Origin: an uncultured delta proteobacterium
GTDB lineage: Bacteria; Desulfobacterota; Binatia; JACPRU01
Assembly (NCBI GenBank): GCA_963745025.1
Contig: CAVUWD010000005.1
Location: 96,001-160,000 of the forward strand
Length of the DNA stretch: 64,000 bases
Direction of reading: 5' to 3'
Positions 25,800 to 37,524 of this stretch are shown here, in pieces. The translations under genes were made by a program, and so were the position numbers. The notes under the pieces were generated by a model. That model had not been told where the DNA came from and did not search any database. It saw nothing but the letters and a program-made list of their open reading frames with translations. Each line of letters starts with the position of its first letter. Positions within the stretch are counted from its first letter, which is position 1.

Positions 25800-26790
25800 A
25801 CGGCCTCCTCCCGCCGGCGGCGCCGCAGCCGGCTGACGAGCGGCCGGAGGTCGAGCTCCCGATCGCCGAGCACGCCTTGTGGGCGCGTGAGCATCAGCAC
25901 GATCAGCGTGAGCGAGTAGATCACCATGCGATACTCCCCGACCCGGCGCAGCAGCTCGGGGAGGAGCGTCAGGAGCGCGGCGGATGCCACCGAGCCGCTG
26001 ATGCTTCCCATGCCGCCGAGCACCACCATGACGATGATTTCGATCGAACGCATGAAGGTGAACGAGTTGGTGTGCAGGTACGCATCGAAGTGCGCGAACA
26101 GGCCGCCGGCGATGCCCGCGAAGAACGAGCCAACGAGAAACGCCGTGACCTTGTAGCGGGTCGAGTCGATGCCCATGACGTCCGCGGCGAGATCGTCTTC
26201 GCGCACGGCGAGGAACGCGAGACCGCGCGCCGAGCGGACCATGCGATGCACCGTGACGATCGTCCCGACGACGAACAGGTAGACCCAGGAGAATCCCGCC
26301 AACGCCGGAATGCCGGTGAAACCGCGGGCGCCGCCGACGACGTCGAGGTTGAGAATCAGCACGCGGATGATCTCGCCGAAGCCGAGCGTGCCGATCGCCA
26401 GGTAGTCGCTCTTGCAGCCGCAAGGTGGGAACGCCGACGAGCACGCCGGCCAACGCGGCGAGCGCGGAGCCCGCGGCGAGCGCGACGGTCAGCAGCACGA
26501 GGTCGGCACCCGCGGCGGCCGGTGATCGGATCGAGCGCGGCGTGGAGCCCGGGGCCGCCGTAGACGCTCACGGCCGCGGAGGTGTAGGCGCCGATCGCCA
26601 TGAACCCCGCGTGCCCGATCGAGAACTGGCCGGTGAAACCGTTGATCAGGTTCAGGCTGACGGCGAGGATGATGTTGATGCCGATACGGACGAGTACGTT
26701 CAGGTAATACGCGTTCAGATGGCGATCGAGCAGCCAACCGAGCGCCGCGAGCGCGGCCACCCCGAACGCGGCGCCCGCCAGCTGCTTCAC
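25796..26790 (-). CDS. livM: Branched-chain amino acid ABC permease (frameshifted about 26410-26525)
   Basis: SLNLINGFTGQFSIGHAGF...YLAIGTLGFGEII...VLGGMGS spread over ORFs 26356, 25017 and 25796. Confidence 0.85.
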
Positions 26791-27695
26791 TCAGACCTTC
26801 TCCTGACAGCGACGCCCCGAAGAGCCCCGAGGGTCGGACCAGGAGCACGACGATGAGGATCACGAAGGCGATCGCGTCCCGGTAGGTCGAGGAGACGTAG
26901 CCGACCACCAGCACCTCGGCGAGACCCATGAGGATGCCGCCCGCCATGGCGCCGGGGATGTTGCCGATCCCGCCGACCACCGCGGCGACGAACGCCTTCA
27001 AGCCGGGCATGATCCCCATGAGCGGGTCGATCTTCGGGTTGGAGAGCCCGACCAGCACTCCGGCGGCGCCGGCAAGCATCGAGCCGAGCACGAACGTGAG
27101 CGAGATGATGCGGTCGACGTCGATGCCCATCAGGCTCGCGGCCTCGGCGCTGTACGAGACGGCGCGCATGGCCGTGCCGACGCGCGTGCGAAGAACGAGG
27201 ACTTGCAAGCCGACCATCAGGGTGAGGGAGACGGCGAGGACGAGAAGCTGCACGTTCGTGACGACGATGCCGCGCCCGGAGAGAGCTCGTGCGTCTCGAG
27301 GAGCTGCGGAAAGAACTTCGGATCGGGACCGAACACGAGCTGGCCGCCGTTCTCGAGGAAGAGCGAGACGCCGATCGCGGTGATCAGCGCGGTGAGCCGC
27401 GGGGCGCGGCGGAGCGGGCGGTAGGCGAGGCGCTCGATCAAGAAGCCGAGGAGCGCCGCAGGCGACCATCGACAGCGCGAGCAGGGCGAAGAACGCCGCC
27501 GCCGACGAGGTCTCGGGCGCGAGCAGCGCTCGCGCGGCGTAATACGCGACCAACGCGCCGATCATGTAGACGTCGCCGTGCGCGAAGTTGATCAGGCGCA
27601 GGATGCCGTAGACCATGGTGTAGCCGAGCGCGATCAGCGCGTAGATGGCTGCCCCAGGCGATGCCGTTGACGATCTGCTGGAGGAGCTCGTTCAC
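26791..27695 (-). CDS. livH: Branched-chain amino acid ABC permease (several frameshifts)
   Basis: LQQIVNGI, MVYGILRLINFAHGD, GLKAFVAAVVGGIG, VRPSGLFG. Confidence 0.85.
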
Positions 27696-27698
27696 GGA

Positions 27699-27779
27699 CG
27701 GCTCCGGCTACCGGCTACCGGCCACCGGAAGGCGTCGGGCGTCTTCGCCGGTAGCCGGTAGCCGGTAGCTCGACAGCCG
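27699..27779. repeat. Heptamer palindromic element, copy 2 (inside the liv operon)
   Basis: (ccggcta)2 ccggcca ccgg ... (gccggta)3. Confidence 0.7.
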
Positions 27780-28922
27780 CTAGGGCTCGACCTTCGCGAA
27801 AAACTTCACCTTTCCGCCGTCGATCTTCAGCACCACGATCGACTTCCGCGCGTTGCGCTCGTCGTCGATCGTGATCTGACCCGAGACGCCGGGGAAGTCC
27901 TTGGTGGCGGCGATGGCATCGCGCAGCCGCCTGCCGTCGGTCGCGCCGGCGCGACGGATGGCGTCGGCGAGCACCTGCGTGGCGTCGTAGCCGAGCACGG
28001 CCATCGCATCGGGAATCTCGGCGTACTTCTGACGGAACTTCTGGATGAAGCTCTGCACGACCGGGTTCGGATCGTCCGCCGAGTAGTGGTTCGAGAAATA
28101 GCAGCCGTTGGCCGCCGCACCGCCGATCTCGACGGTGCGTGGCGAGTCCCAGCCGTCGCCGCCGAGCAGCGGCACGGTGATGCCGAGCTCGCGCGCCTGC
28201 CGCGCGATCAGCCCGACTTCGGTGTAGTAGCCGGGAACGAAGATCACGTCGGGGCGGACCCCGCGGATCGCGGTGAGCTGGGCCTTGAAGTCGATGTCGC
28301 CCTCGGAGTACGAGACGTCGGTCAGGATCTTGCCGCCGTGGCGCGTGAACTCGTCGCGGAAGAAGTCGGCGAGGCCGACGCTGTAGTCGTTCTTCACGTC
28401 GCGCAGAATCGCGGCGCTCTTGGCGTGCAGGGTCTCGGCCGCGAACTTCGCCATCGTCGAGCCCTGGAAGGGATCGATGAAGCAGACGCGGAAGATGTAG
28501 TCGCCGACTGCCGTGACCTTGGGATTGGTCGAGGCCGGCGAGATCATCGGCACTCCCGCGCGCTGGCATTCAGGAGCCGCGGCGAGGCTCCGCGAGCTCG
28601 CGACCTCGCCGAGCACCGCCACGACCTCGTCTTGCTTGAGTAGCTTCAGCACCGCGGTGCGCGCCTCTTCCGGCTTGCTCTGATCGTCCTCGACCACGAC
28701 GCGGATTTTCTTTCCGAGCAGGCCGCCGGCCGCGTTGATCTCGTTGACCGCGAGCTGAACGCCCGCATTGCTCGATCGGCCGAAGGTGGCGGTGCCGCCC
28801 GTCAGCGAGGCGAACTCTCCGATGACGATCTCGTCCGTCGGCTTGCTCTTGCACGCGCCGAGCGAGGCGGCGACTAGGAGCGCGGCGAAGAGAAGCGCGA
28901 GACGTCGAGCCATGGGATGCAT
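27780..28922 (-). CDS. livK: Branched-chain amino acid ABC substrate-binding lipoprotein (LivK/LivJ family)
   Basis: Lipobox LGAC; SLTGGTATFG, EDDQSKP, IFRVCFIDPFQG, GGDGWDS. Start may be ATG 28913. Confidence 0.92.
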   Translation of the reverse strand: MHPMARRLALLFAALLVAASLGACKSKPTDEIVIGEFASLTGGTATFGRSSNAGVQLAVNEINAAGGLLGKKIRVVVEDDQSKPEEARTAVLKLLKQDEVVAVLGEVASSRSLAAAPECQRAGVPMISPASTNPKVTAVGDYIFRVCFIDPFQGSTMAKFAAETLHAKSAAILRDVKNDYSVGLADFFRDEFTRHGGKILTDVSYSEGDIDFKAQLTAIRGVRPDVIFVPGYYTEVGLIARQARELGITVPLLGGDGWDSPRTVEIGGAAANGCYFSNHYSADDPNPVVQSFIQKFRQKYAEIPDAMAVLGYDATQVLADAIRRAGATDGRRLRDAIAATKDFPGVSGQITIDDERNARKSIVVLKIDGGKVKFFAKVEP

Positions 28923-28957
28923 CCTACTTACGCAAGCGACTCCGAGGCTGCAAGATG

Positions 28958-29035
28958 GGCGATCGGCATTCCGCCGTCGGCTATCGGCAAGGACGTCGCG
29001 CAGTCTCTTGCCGATCGCCGGCAGCCGAAAGCCGC
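28958..29035. repeat. Heptamer palindromic element, copy 3
   Basis: ggcgatc ggcattc ... ggctatc ggcaag ... cttgcc gatcgcc ggcagcc gaaagcc. Confidence 0.55.
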
Positions 29036-29037
29036 GT

Positions 29038-29793
29038 TCACGCGTTGCCGGGGAACTGTCCGCCGTCGACGTCGAGCGTGACGCCGGTCACCCAGCTCGC
29101 GCACGGCGAGGCGAGGAACGCGACCGCGTTCGCGACCTCTTCCGGCGTTCCCATGCGGGCCGACGGGATGGTGGCGAGGATGCCGTCGTACATCGGCCGG
29201 TCGTTCTTGCGCACGATGTCCCAGAAGCCGTCGGGGAAGTCGATTGCGCCCGGCGCCACGACGTTGACACGGATCTTCTTCGCGGCGAGCGCGGTCGACA
29301 GATTCTTGGCGTGGCTGATCATCGCCGCCTTGACGGCGGCGTACGCGGGCGGCTGGCCGCCCATGCGCCCCGAGATCGAGGAGATGTGGATGATCGCACC
29401 GCCGCCGACCTTCTCCATCCACGGCACGACCTTCCAGCTGGCGCGCACGGCCGCCATCAGGTCGATCTCGAAGCTCGCCTTCCACCCCGACTCGTCATCG
29501 GCGAGGGCGAGGGCGGACGGGTTGTTGACCAGCACGTCGATGCGGCCGAGTGCCTTCGCCGCTCCGTCGAGGAACGCGGCGAGCTGCTTCTCGTCGCCGA
29601 CGTCGCAGGCGGCGGCATGCACCTTCACGCCCTTCGCGGAGAGCTCCTCCGCGACCTTGCGCAACCCCTCCTCGCCGCGCGCGCAGATGGCGAGGTTCGC
29701 CTTTTCACCCGCGAAGGCAAACGCGATCGAGCGACCGATCCCCCGGCTCGCTCCGGTGACGATGACCCCCTTACCCCCGAGCTGTAAATCCAT
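29038..29793 (-). CDS. SDR family oxidoreductase
   Basis: TGASRGIG, YAAVK, IRVNVVAPG, VDGG. Confidence 0.95.
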   Translation of the reverse strand: MDLQLGGKGVIVTGASRGIGRSIAFAFAGEKANLAICARGEEGLRKVAEELSAKGVKVHAAACDVGDEKQLAAFLDGAAKALGRIDVLVNNPSALALADDESGWKASFEIDLMAAVRASWKVVPWMEKVGGGAIIHISSISGRMGGQPPAYAAVKAAMISHAKNLSTALAAKKIRVNVVAPGAIDFPDGFWDIVRKNDRPMYDGILATIPSARMGTPEEVANAVAFLASPCASWVTGVTLDVDGGQFPGNA

Positions 29794-29936
29794 GGCGACT
29801 CCTTTCGGTTCTGGCGTTGCGGACCGTGCTACGAGCGGCTGGAACGCGGCGTCCGCTGGCTTGTTGCGCCGCAGCGGAGGTCCTATAGTCGACGTCCGAC
29901 CGCCTGTCGAGGAGGATGACCTGTCGAGGAGGACGA

Positions 29937-30203
29937 ATGGGAGTCCGGTTTCCGTCGGTGGAGTTTTTCGCGGCGCTGCAGAGTCGCATGCGCGACGCCG
30001 CAGAGCGGTTCCGTCGACTCGGGTACTTCGACACGACGTTCGGCGTTCACGTCCGAAACGGCGCCGATCGCTCGTTCGTCCTGGCGTTCGAGGTCTTCGA
30101 CTGCGTGGACGTCCGCGAGCTCGATGGCCTGACGAGTCACCCGGTGGACTTCACGCTCGAGGGCAGCTTCGCGGCGTGGCGCCGGCAAGTCCTCGCGGCG
30201 TGA
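29937..30203 (+). CDS. Short hypothetical protein, SCP2-like, possibly C-terminally truncated
   Basis: FPSVEFFAALQ...F.L.FE.FDC..V...DFTLEG...W; strong RBS; GTGA overlap with the next gene. Confidence 0.55.
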   Translation: MGVRFPSVEFFAALQSRMRDAAERFRRLGYFDTTFGVHVRNGADRSFVLAFEVFDCVDVRELDGLTSHPVDFTLEGSFAAWRRQVLAA

Positions 30204-31180
30204 GCGCTGCTCCGATCCCCGTCGGCCTCGTCGGCGCGGGTAAGCACGGCGAGCGCTACCTTCGGCACATCCACGAAGAGGTGCCCGAGCTCTCGGTGCG
30301 CCTACTCTGTCGTCGCGACCGAGCCGCCGGGTACGCCCAGGCCGAACGTGTCGGCGCACGCTACCTCGATGACTTTCGCGAGCTCGTCACCTCGCCGGAG
30401 ATCGCGGCGGTCATCGCCGTGGTGCCGCCGACGCTGAATGTCGAGATCTGCACGGCGGCCGCCCGAGCGGGGAAGGCGATTCTCGTCGAGAAGCCGCTCG
30501 CCCCGGGCGTCGGCGCGGCCCTGGAGATCCGCCGCGCCGTCTGCGGCGCGGCGGTTCCGTGCATGGTCGCCCACACGCTGCGCTTCAACTCCGTCGTTCG
30601 AGCGGTTCGCGACGACCTCGGGCGCCTCGGCGCGCTTCACCAATTGTCGCTCACGCAGCGCTTCGAGCCCTCACGCCTCGACTGGCTCGACGATCCGCGC
30701 GTGTCGGGCGGGGGCAACCTGCTGCACACCGGCGTCCACAGCTTCGATCTGCTGCGCTTCTTCACCGGGGAGAACCCCCGCGCGGTCAGGGCCGAAACCT
30801 GCCGGGTCGTGACGCGGCGGAGCGAGGACAACTTCGCGGCGGTCTTCTCTTTTTCCGGGCCTCTCCTCGCGGTGGTGAGCGGGTCGCGTGCCACGGCCAG
30901 CCGCTCCGGGGGGATCGAGATCGTCGGCGAGAAGGGGCAGATCTTCGCCGATCACGTGCACGGTTCCGCGCTGCGCATCACCGGCACGAAGCGGGAGCCG
31001 CTCGAGGTGCCGCCGCCGGCACCGACGGTACGGGAGGCGCTCCGCGCCTTCGCCCGCATGCTGCGCGACGGCTCGCCGCCGCCGATCACGCTCGAAGACG
31101 GCCTGTGGAGCGTGGCGATGGCGGAAACGTGCTATCGATCCGCGGCATCGAGCTCGGTCGAGGCGATCGGGCTCGAGTGA
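30200..31180 (+). CDS. Gfo/Idh/MocA family oxidoreductase
   Basis: VGLVGAGKHG, LVEKPLA, GGGNLLHTGVHSFD. Confidence 0.92.
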   Translation: MSAAPIPVGLVGAGKHGERYLRHIHEEVPELSVRLLCRRDRAAGYAQAERVGARYLDDFRELVTSPEIAAVIAVVPPTLNVEICTAAARAGKAILVEKPLAPGVGAALEIRRAVCGAAVPCMVAHTLRFNSVVRAVRDDLGRLGALHQLSLTQRFEPSRLDWLDDPRVSGGGNLLHTGVHSFDLLRFFTGENPRAVRAETCRVVTRRSEDNFAAVFSFSGPLLAVVSGSRATASRSGGIEIVGEKGQIFADHVHGSALRITGTKREPLEVPPPAPTVREALRAFARMLRDGSPPPITLEDGLWSVAMAETCYRSAASSSVEAIGLE

Positions 31181-31254
31181 CCACGGAGTGAACTGCCGAC
31201 CGGACACCGTGTAGTTTCCGTGCGTCAACGCGAAATCCCGCTGGGCTCGACCGG

Positions 31255-34200
31255 CTATCCGGCGGCCGACAGACAGCTGGCGGGCTCCAGGCGCAGGTGC
31301 TGGCGGAGGAAGCGTGCGGTGTGGGAGCCCGCGCCGTCGACCAGGAGCTGCTCGGGCGGTCCCGAGAACACGATCCGTCCTCCCGCGCTGCCCCCTTCGG
31401 GCCCGAGATCGACCACGTAGTCGGCCTCTTTGACGATGTCGAGATTGTGCTCGATCGTCACCACGGTGTTGCCGCGGTCGACGAGGCGATGGAGCGCGCC
31501 GATCAGGCACTCGATGTCGGCGAAGTGGAGGCCGGTGGTCGGCTCGTCGAGCACGTAGAGGGTCGAGCCCTTCGACTCCTTCGAGAGCTCGTAGGCGAGC
31601 TTGATGCGCTGCGCTTCGCCGCCGGACAGCGTGTTCGAAGGCTGGCCGAGCGTGAGGTAGCCGAGTCCGATGTCGCAGAGGAGGCGCAGGCAGCGTTCGA
31701 TCGAGGGGACGGCGGAGAAGAGCTCCAGCGCCTCTTCCATCGTCATCGCCAGCACGTCGGCGATCGACTTGCCGCGGTAGGTCGCCGCGAGCGTCTCCTC
31801 GTTGAAGCGCCGATCGTTGCACTCTTCGCAGGCGACGTACACGTCGGGAAGGAAGCTCATCTCCATACGGATGCGTCCCTGACCGGCGCACCCCTCGCAC
31901 CGTCCGCCCTTGACGTTGAACGAGAACCGCGACGGGGTGTAGCCGCGGAGCCGCGCCTCCGGCGTGCCGGCGAAGAGCCGGCGGATCTCGTCGAAGAAGC
32001 CGACGTACGAGGCCGGGATCGAGCGCGGGGTTCGGCCGATCGGGGTCTGATCCACCTCGTACACGCGCTCCACGGCCTCCGCGCCGGTCAGGCGCCGGTG
32101 GCGTCCGACGGGACCGGCGAACTGGCCGAGCTTCTGCTTGAGCGCGCGGTAGAGCACGTCGCGGACCAGCGTCGACTTGCCGGAGCCAGATACCCCGGTG
32201 ACGCACGTCCAGGCGCCGAGCGGGAGCTCGACGTCGACGTTCTTCAGATTGTGCTCGGCGGCGGCGACGATCTTCAGCCGGGGCAGGCGGTCGACCGGAC
32301 GCGGCTGACCGATGCGGCCCGGCACCTGTGCGAGGTAGCGGCCGGTCGCCGATCGCGGCTCGCGCTCGAGCGCGGCGGGCGGACCCACGGCGACGATCTC
32401 GCCGCCGCGGTTGCCGGCGCCAGGACCGAGATCGACGACGACGTCGGCGCTGCGGATCGTCGCCTCGTCGTGCTCGACGATGATCACCGAGTTACCTCGG
32501 TCGCGGAGCTCGCGCAGCATCCCGAGCAGCATCTCGTTGTCTCGTGGATGAAGGCCGATCGTCGGCTCGTCCAGGATGTAGCAGACACCTTGTAGGTTGG
32601 AGCCGAGCTGTGCCGCCAGCCGAATGCGCTGCGCTTCGCCGCCGGAGAGCGTGTCGGCGCGCCGATCGAGCGTGAGGTAGCCGAGGCCGACCCGCTCGAG
32701 GAAGCGCAAGCGCGGCTCGATCTCCTTCAGGATGTCGGCAGCGACCCGGTGGTCGCGCTCGCCGAAGCGATACGACGCGATGAGCGCGCGAGCCTCGGCG
32801 ACGGTCGCCGCCGTGACTTCGGAGATCGTCTTGCCGCCGACGCGCACGGCGCGCGCTTGCGGCTTCAAACGCTGACCCGCGCATGCCGGACAAGGGCTCT
32901 CGCCGAGGAACGGGGAGAGCGCTTCCTGCAGCTCTTCGTCCTCCCACAGCTCGTCGAGGAATCCGAGCAGGCCGTGATGGTCCGTCGTGCCCCGCAGAAC
33001 GACCTCTTGCTGCCGCGCGGAAAAGTCGGCGAACGGCTTGGCGAGCGGCACACGGAGCGCGCGCAGAAGCGCAAGCGCCTTGCCGCGATGACGGTCGAGC
33101 GGAGGATCGCAAAACGGGTAGAGTCCTTCGCCGAGAGGCCGGTTGGGATCGATCAAACGGTTGGGATCGAACTCCCAAAGCGTGCCCGAGCCGCTGCACT
33201 CCGGGCACGCGCCCTGGCGGCTGTTGAAGGAGAACAGTCGCGGGTCGAGCGGGTCGAGGCCGAGTCCGCACGGCGGGCAGTAGAGCCGCTCGCTGTAGAC
33301 GCGCTCCACTGCGGCGACCAGCACGTGACACGTACCCGCGCCAAGGCGCAGCGCCCGGTCGAGCACTTCGCGTGCGTTTTCGTCGCGCGCGCCTACCTCG
33401 CCGACGACGACGTCGATGTCGTGCTCCTGGAAGCGAGCGAGCTTGGGCGTGGGGTCGAGCGCGACGCGCCGGCCGTCGATGCGTGCCGCGCGGCACCCGA
33501 GCTTTCGCGCCCCCTCGAGGATCTCCTTGTGGAATCCCTTCCGGCCGCGCACCACCGGAGCGAGCAGCTCGCCGCGTCGGGGCCCGAGGTCCTTCCGCAG
33601 TCGATCGAAGATTTGCGCTCGCGTCTGCGGACGAATCGAGCGATCGCAGCGCGTGCAGTGCTGCTCGCCGACCTTCGCGTAAAGCAGCCGCAGATAGTGA
33701 TAGATCTCCGTGATCGTCGCGACGGTCGACTTACGCCCGCCCCGGCTAGTCCGCTGCTCGATCGCCACCGTCGGCGGAACGCCGAACAGGAGCTCGACGT
33801 CGGGCTTGGCGAGCACCTTGAGGAACTGCCGCGCATAGGCCGAGAGGCTGTCGATGTAGCGGCGCTGCCCCTCGGCATAGATGATGTCGAACGCCAGTGT
33901 CGACTTGCCCGAGCCGGAAAGGCCGGTGACGACGACGATCGCGTCGCGCGGCACGTCGACCGAGATGCCCCGTAGATTGTGCTCCTTCGCACGGATCACG
34001 CGAATGGCATCGTCCGACGGAAGTCCTCGTGATTCGGCCCGCTGCGCGCGTGCGGGCACGACGTTCCGCTCGCCCGAAGCGTCTCCAAGGGCGAGCAGCG
34101 GTCTCAGATACTGGGCGGTATGCGAGCCCTCCACGCGCGCGAGCTCTTCCGGCGTCCCGACGGCGATCACGCTCCCGCCGGCGTCGCCGCCTTCCGGCCC

Positions 34201-36924
34201 GAGATCGATCACCCAGTCGGCGCACTTCACGACCTCCAAGTTGTGCTCGATGACGAGCGCCGTGTGGCCGCGCTCGATCAGCCGGTCGAAGGCTCCGAGG
34301 AGATTCCGCACGTCGTGAAAATGGAGTCCCGTCGTCGGTTCGTCGAAGAGGAAGAGCGTCGGCTTCTCCTCGCCCGGCGGGGCGGCGATATGGGAGGCCA
34401 GCTTGAGACGCTGCGCCTCGCCTCCCGAGAGGGTGGTGAGCGCCTGACCGAGCCGCGCGTAGTCGAGACCAACGGCGACGAGCGGCTCGAGTGCCGCGAC
34501 GATCTCCGCGCTCTCGCCGAAGAACTCCGCGGCCTCGGCGACCGTCGTCTCGAAAACGTCGCGGATCGAGCGGTCGCGTACCTTGGCCTCCAGCACTTCC
34601 GGGCGGAAACGAGCGCCCTGGCATTCCGGGCATGGCACGTAAACGTCCGAGAGGAACTGCATCTCGACCTTCTCGTAGCCCTCGCCCCGGCAGGACTCGC
34701 ACCGCCCGCCCTCGACGTTGAACGAGAACGTCGAGGCGGTGTAGCCGCGTAACCGCGAGAGGTCGGACGCGGCGAAGAGCCGCCGTACGGCGTCGTAGGC
34801 GCCCATGTAGGTGAGCAGGTTTGCGCGCGGCGTCGTGCCGATCGGGGTTTGATCGACCAGTACGACGCGGGCGATCGGCTGCCAACCTTCGATCGCGTCG
34901 TGCTCACCGGGGATGCCGGCCGGCTCGCCGAGCAGGCGCTTGAGACCTCGGTAGAGGATCTCCTCGACGAGCGTCGATTTCCCGGAGCCCGAGACTCCCG
35001 TGACGCAGGTGAGGGTGCCGAGCGGGACCTCGCAGTCGATCGATTTCAGGTTGTTGGCACGCGCGCCGCGCACTCGCAGCCGGCCCTGCATGCCCGGCCG
35101 CCGCGTGGTAGGCAATGGGATCTGCTTGCGGCCGGAGAGGTAGTCGGCGGTCAGCGACTCGCGGCAGTCGAGCAGCTCGGCGGTCGGGCCCGCGAACTGC
35201 AGCTGCCCGCCGTGCTCGCCGGCGCCGGGGCCGAGGTCGATCACGTGGTCGCTCGAGCGGATGACCTCTGCATCGTGCTCGACGACGACCACCGTATTGC
35301 CGTTGTCGCGCAGCTTCTTGAGGATGCCGACGAGCCGGCTCGAGTCACGCGAATGGAGCCCAATCGACGGCTCGTCGAGGATGTAGAGCGTGTTCACCAG
35401 GGACGAGCCGATCGCCGTCGTCAGGTCGACGCGCTCGAGCTCGCCGCCGGAAAGCGTGCGCGACTGCCGGTCGAGCGTCAGGTAGCCGAGACCGACGTCC
35501 ACGAGATAACCGAGCCGAGAGCGGATCTCGTCGAGCACGAGCTTCGCGACCTCCGCTTGCGCTCGCCCGAGCTCGAGCCGCTGGAAGAAGTCGCGCGCCT
35601 CGGCGACGCTCATCGCGTGGATTTCCCCGATGTTCTTCCAGTTGCCTCGCCCTTCCTCGATCGTGGCCCCGGCTCCCGTCGGTCGCGTCCGGACGTCCGT
35701 CGGACGTCCGGACCCGTCGATCTTCCAGTCGAGCGCCTCGGGCCGCACCCGCGCGCCGTTGCAATCGGGGCAGAGGTCGTAGCTTCGGTAGCGCGAGAGA
35801 AACACGCGGACGTGCATCTTGTACGTCTTGGTCTCCAGCCACTGGAACCAGCCACGAACACCGTAGTACTTGCCGTCGCCCTCGAGCAGCATTCGCCGCT
35901 GCTCGGGGGCGAGATCGGACCATGGCAGATCGGTCGGGATCTTTTTCTGGCGGCAAAACTTCAGGCACTCGTTTCGCTCCCCCTCCGCCGCCTTGATCGC
36001 CCAGGGCTTGATCGCCCCCTCGCGGATCGATTTCCGCGGATCGGGGACGACGAGTCCCATGTCGATGCCGATCGTGCGGCCGAAGCCGCGGCACTTGGCG
36101 CAGGCGCCGAGCGGGCTGTTGAACGAGAACAGGTTCGACGACGGCTCGCGGTAGCGGATCTGGCAGGCGGGACATTCGAGCTCGGTGGAGAAGGTCTCCC
36201 GCCGGCCCGCGCCGACCCCCGTCGAAGCGCCTTCGTCGGGAAAGAAGAGGCTCGCGTGCCCTTTGCCGAAATGGAAGGCCTGCTCGAGCGAGTCGACGAT
36301 CCGCTTGCGTTGCCCGGCGCTCGCGACCAGGCGATCGACGACGACCTCGAAGGCTTCGCGCGGCTTCTTGTCGAGCGTCTCGAGCGGAACGATCTGGCCG
36401 CCGAGGAGCACGCGCGTGAAACCGGCGCGCTCGAGGCCGCCGCGAATCTCTCCCCACGGGAGCCGCGCCGGAGCCGATACGGAAAAGAGCACGAGAAAGC
36501 GCGCGCCCTCGCGCAGCCGGCGGTAGACCGACTCCGGGTTGTCGCGCTTGATCGGGCGTCCGCAGCCCCGGCAATGAAGTGTGGCGACCTTGGCGAACAG
36601 CAGCTTCAGATGATCGTGCAGCTCGGTCATCGTCGCCACCGTCGAGCGCGACGTCGCCACCCGCCGACGCTGATCGATCGAGATCGCCGGCAGGATGCCG
36701 CGGATCGAGTCGACGTGCGGCTTGTTCATGCGGTCGAGAAATTGGCGCGCGTATGCCGAAAAGCTCTCGACGTAGCGTCGCTGCCCCTCCGCATAGAGGA
36801 CGTCGAAGGCGAGGCTCGACTTTCCAGACCCCGAAACGCCGGTCACGACGGTGAGCGATCGATGCGGGATCGCGACGTCGATTCCCTTCAGGTTGTGCTC
36901 GCGAGCGCCGCGGACCTCGATCAT
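31255..36924 (-). CDS. uvrA: Excinuclease ABC subunit A, tandem double-length form
   Basis: Two complete UvrA units (GAREHNLK, and AKEHNL at about aa 980), four Walker A GxSGSGKS, LSGGE signatures and zinc fingers. Confidence 0.97.
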   Translation of the reverse strand: MIEVRGAREHNLKGIDVAIPHRSLTVVTGVSGSGKSSLAFDVLYAEGQRRYVESFSAYARQFLDRMNKPHVDSIRGILPAISIDQRRRVATSRSTVATMTELHDHLKLLFAKVATLHCRGCGRPIKRDNPESVYRRLREGARFLVLFSVSAPARLPWGEIRGGLERAGFTRVLLGGQIVPLETLDKKPREAFEVVVDRLVASAGQRKRIVDSLEQAFHFGKGHASLFFPDEGASTGVGAGRRETFSTELECPACQIRYREPSSNLFSFNSPLGACAKCRGFGRTIGIDMGLVVPDPRKSIREGAIKPWAIKAAEGERNECLKFCRQKKIPTDLPWSDLAPEQRRMLLEGDGKYYGVRGWFQWLETKTYKMHVRVFLSRYRSYDLCPDCNGARVRPEALDWKIDGSGRPTDVRTRPTGAGATIEEGRGNWKNIGEIHAMSVAEARDFFQRLELGRAQAEVAKLVLDEIRSRLGYLVDVGLGYLTLDRQSRTLSGGELERVDLTTAIGSSLVNTLYILDEPSIGLHSRDSSRLVGILKKLRDNGNTVVVVEHDAEVIRSSDHVIDLGPGAGEHGGQLQFAGPTAELLDCRESLTADYLSGRKQIPLPTTRRPGMQGRLRVRGARANNLKSIDCEVPLGTLTCVTGVSGSGKSTLVEEILYRGLKRLLGEPAGIPGEHDAIEGWQPIARVVLVDQTPIGTTPRANLLTYMGAYDAVRRLFAASDLSRLRGYTASTFSFNVEGGRCESCRGEGYEKVEMQFLSDVYVPCPECQGARFRPEVLEAKVRDRSIRDVFETTVAEAAEFFGESAEIVAALEPLVAVGLDYARLGQALTTLSGGEAQRLKLASHIAAPPGEEKPTLFLFDEPTTGLHFHDVRNLLGAFDRLIERGHTALVIEHNLEVVKCADWVIDLGPEGGDAGGSVIAVGTPEELARVEGSHTAQYLRPLLALGDASGERNVVPARAQRAESRGLPSDDAIRVIRAKEHNLRGISVDVPRDAIVVVTGLSGSGKSTLAFDIIYAEGQRRYIDSLSAYARQFLKVLAKPDVELLFGVPPTVAIEQRTSRGGRKSTVATITEIYHYLRLLYAKVGEQHCTRCDRSIRPQTRAQIFDRLRKDLGPRRGELLAPVVRGRKGFHKEILEGARKLGCRAARIDGRRVALDPTPKLARFQEHDIDVVVGEVGARDENAREVLDRALRLGAGTCHVLVAAVERVYSERLYCPPCGLGLDPLDPRLFSFNSRQGACPECSGSGTLWEFDPNRLIDPNRPLGEGLYPFCDPPLDRHRGKALALLRALRVPLAKPFADFSARQQEVVLRGTTDHHGLLGFLDELWEDEELQEALSPFLGESPCPACAGQRLKPQARAVRVGGKTISEVTAATVAEARALIASYRFGERDHRVAADILKEIEPRLRFLERVGLGYLTLDRRADTLSGGEAQRIRLAAQLGSNLQGVCYILDEPTIGLHPRDNEMLLGMLRELRDRGNSVIIVEHDEATIRSADVVVDLGPGAGNRGGEIVAVGPPAALEREPRSATGRYLAQVPGRIGQPRPVDRLPRLKIVAAAEHNLKNVDVELPLGAWTCVTGVSGSGKSTLVRDVLYRALKQKLGQFAGPVGRHRRLTGAEAVERVYEVDQTPIGRTPRSIPASYVGFFDEIRRLFAGTPEARLRGYTPSRFSFNVKGGRCEGCAGQGRIRMEMSFLPDVYVACEECNDRRFNEETLAATYRGKSIADVLAMTMEEALELFSAVPSIERCLRLLCDIGLGYLTLGQPSNTLSGGEAQRIKLAYELSKESKGSTLYVLDEPTTGLHFADIECLIGALHRLVDRGNTVVTIEHNLDIVKEADYVVDLGPEGGSAGGRIVFSGPPEQLLVDGAGSHTARFLRQHLRLEPASCLSAAG
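35687..35713. repeat. Perfect 13-bp inverted repeat inside an in-frame insertion in uvrA
   Basis: GTCCGGACGTCCG-t-CGGACGTCCGGAC. Confidence 0.8.
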
Positions 36925-37524
36925 GAGACCGCGAACTATAACAGCCGCGTTCGCGAATGGAATCGGGGTCGCCGAAGCAGTTTGGACTTTCCAAGGCGGC
37001 GCGTGGTATCAGCGCGTTCATCCGTGGTCTTCTCGCCGATCCCCGGATCCGGCTCGTCCTTCAAGAGCACAGGGGTGCCGCCCAGCGAGCACGGCGCGGG
37101 CTGCGCCGGCGACAGGACCGGCCGACTCGACTCTTGGATTTGTGTCCTCGGAGACCTGTGCTAGCGTTCCGACGGCTCAAGGCGATGGTAGCCAACAGGG
37201 ACGGCGCCGCGATGAACGGACCCATTCGAGGCCTGCGGATCCGGGGAACGGGTCAAGAGAAACCAGCGCCGGGGGCGGCGAAAGTCCTTGTCGCGGGCGA
37301 GCGGCTCCCGGCCCCGGTGTTCCGCGTGTTCCTGCCGGAATCGAACCCGCCGCGGGTTTGCGAAGGGGTCGTACGGAGTCGGCCGGGAGCGACGCATGCC
37401 CGGCGGCGTGCGAGTTGGGCCTTCCTTCCGCGCCGCGCCGAGCCATACCCGCGACCAGGGTCCACGAGCCGCGCCGCGCGGGGCGAGAGAGCATGGCCGC
37501 GCGCGCGGCCGCACCGTCCCTGTA

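Noticed and set aside
25017-26498. Apparent LivM-LivG fusion (493-aa ORF)
   Set aside because: The N-terminal part is off-frame livM sequence produced by frameshifts; livM has its own stop at 25796.
37340-37420. GGTTCGATTCC T-loop-like motif on the minus strand
   Set aside because: T-stem has a mismatch and there is no D-arm, anticodon arm or acceptor stem; not a tRNA.
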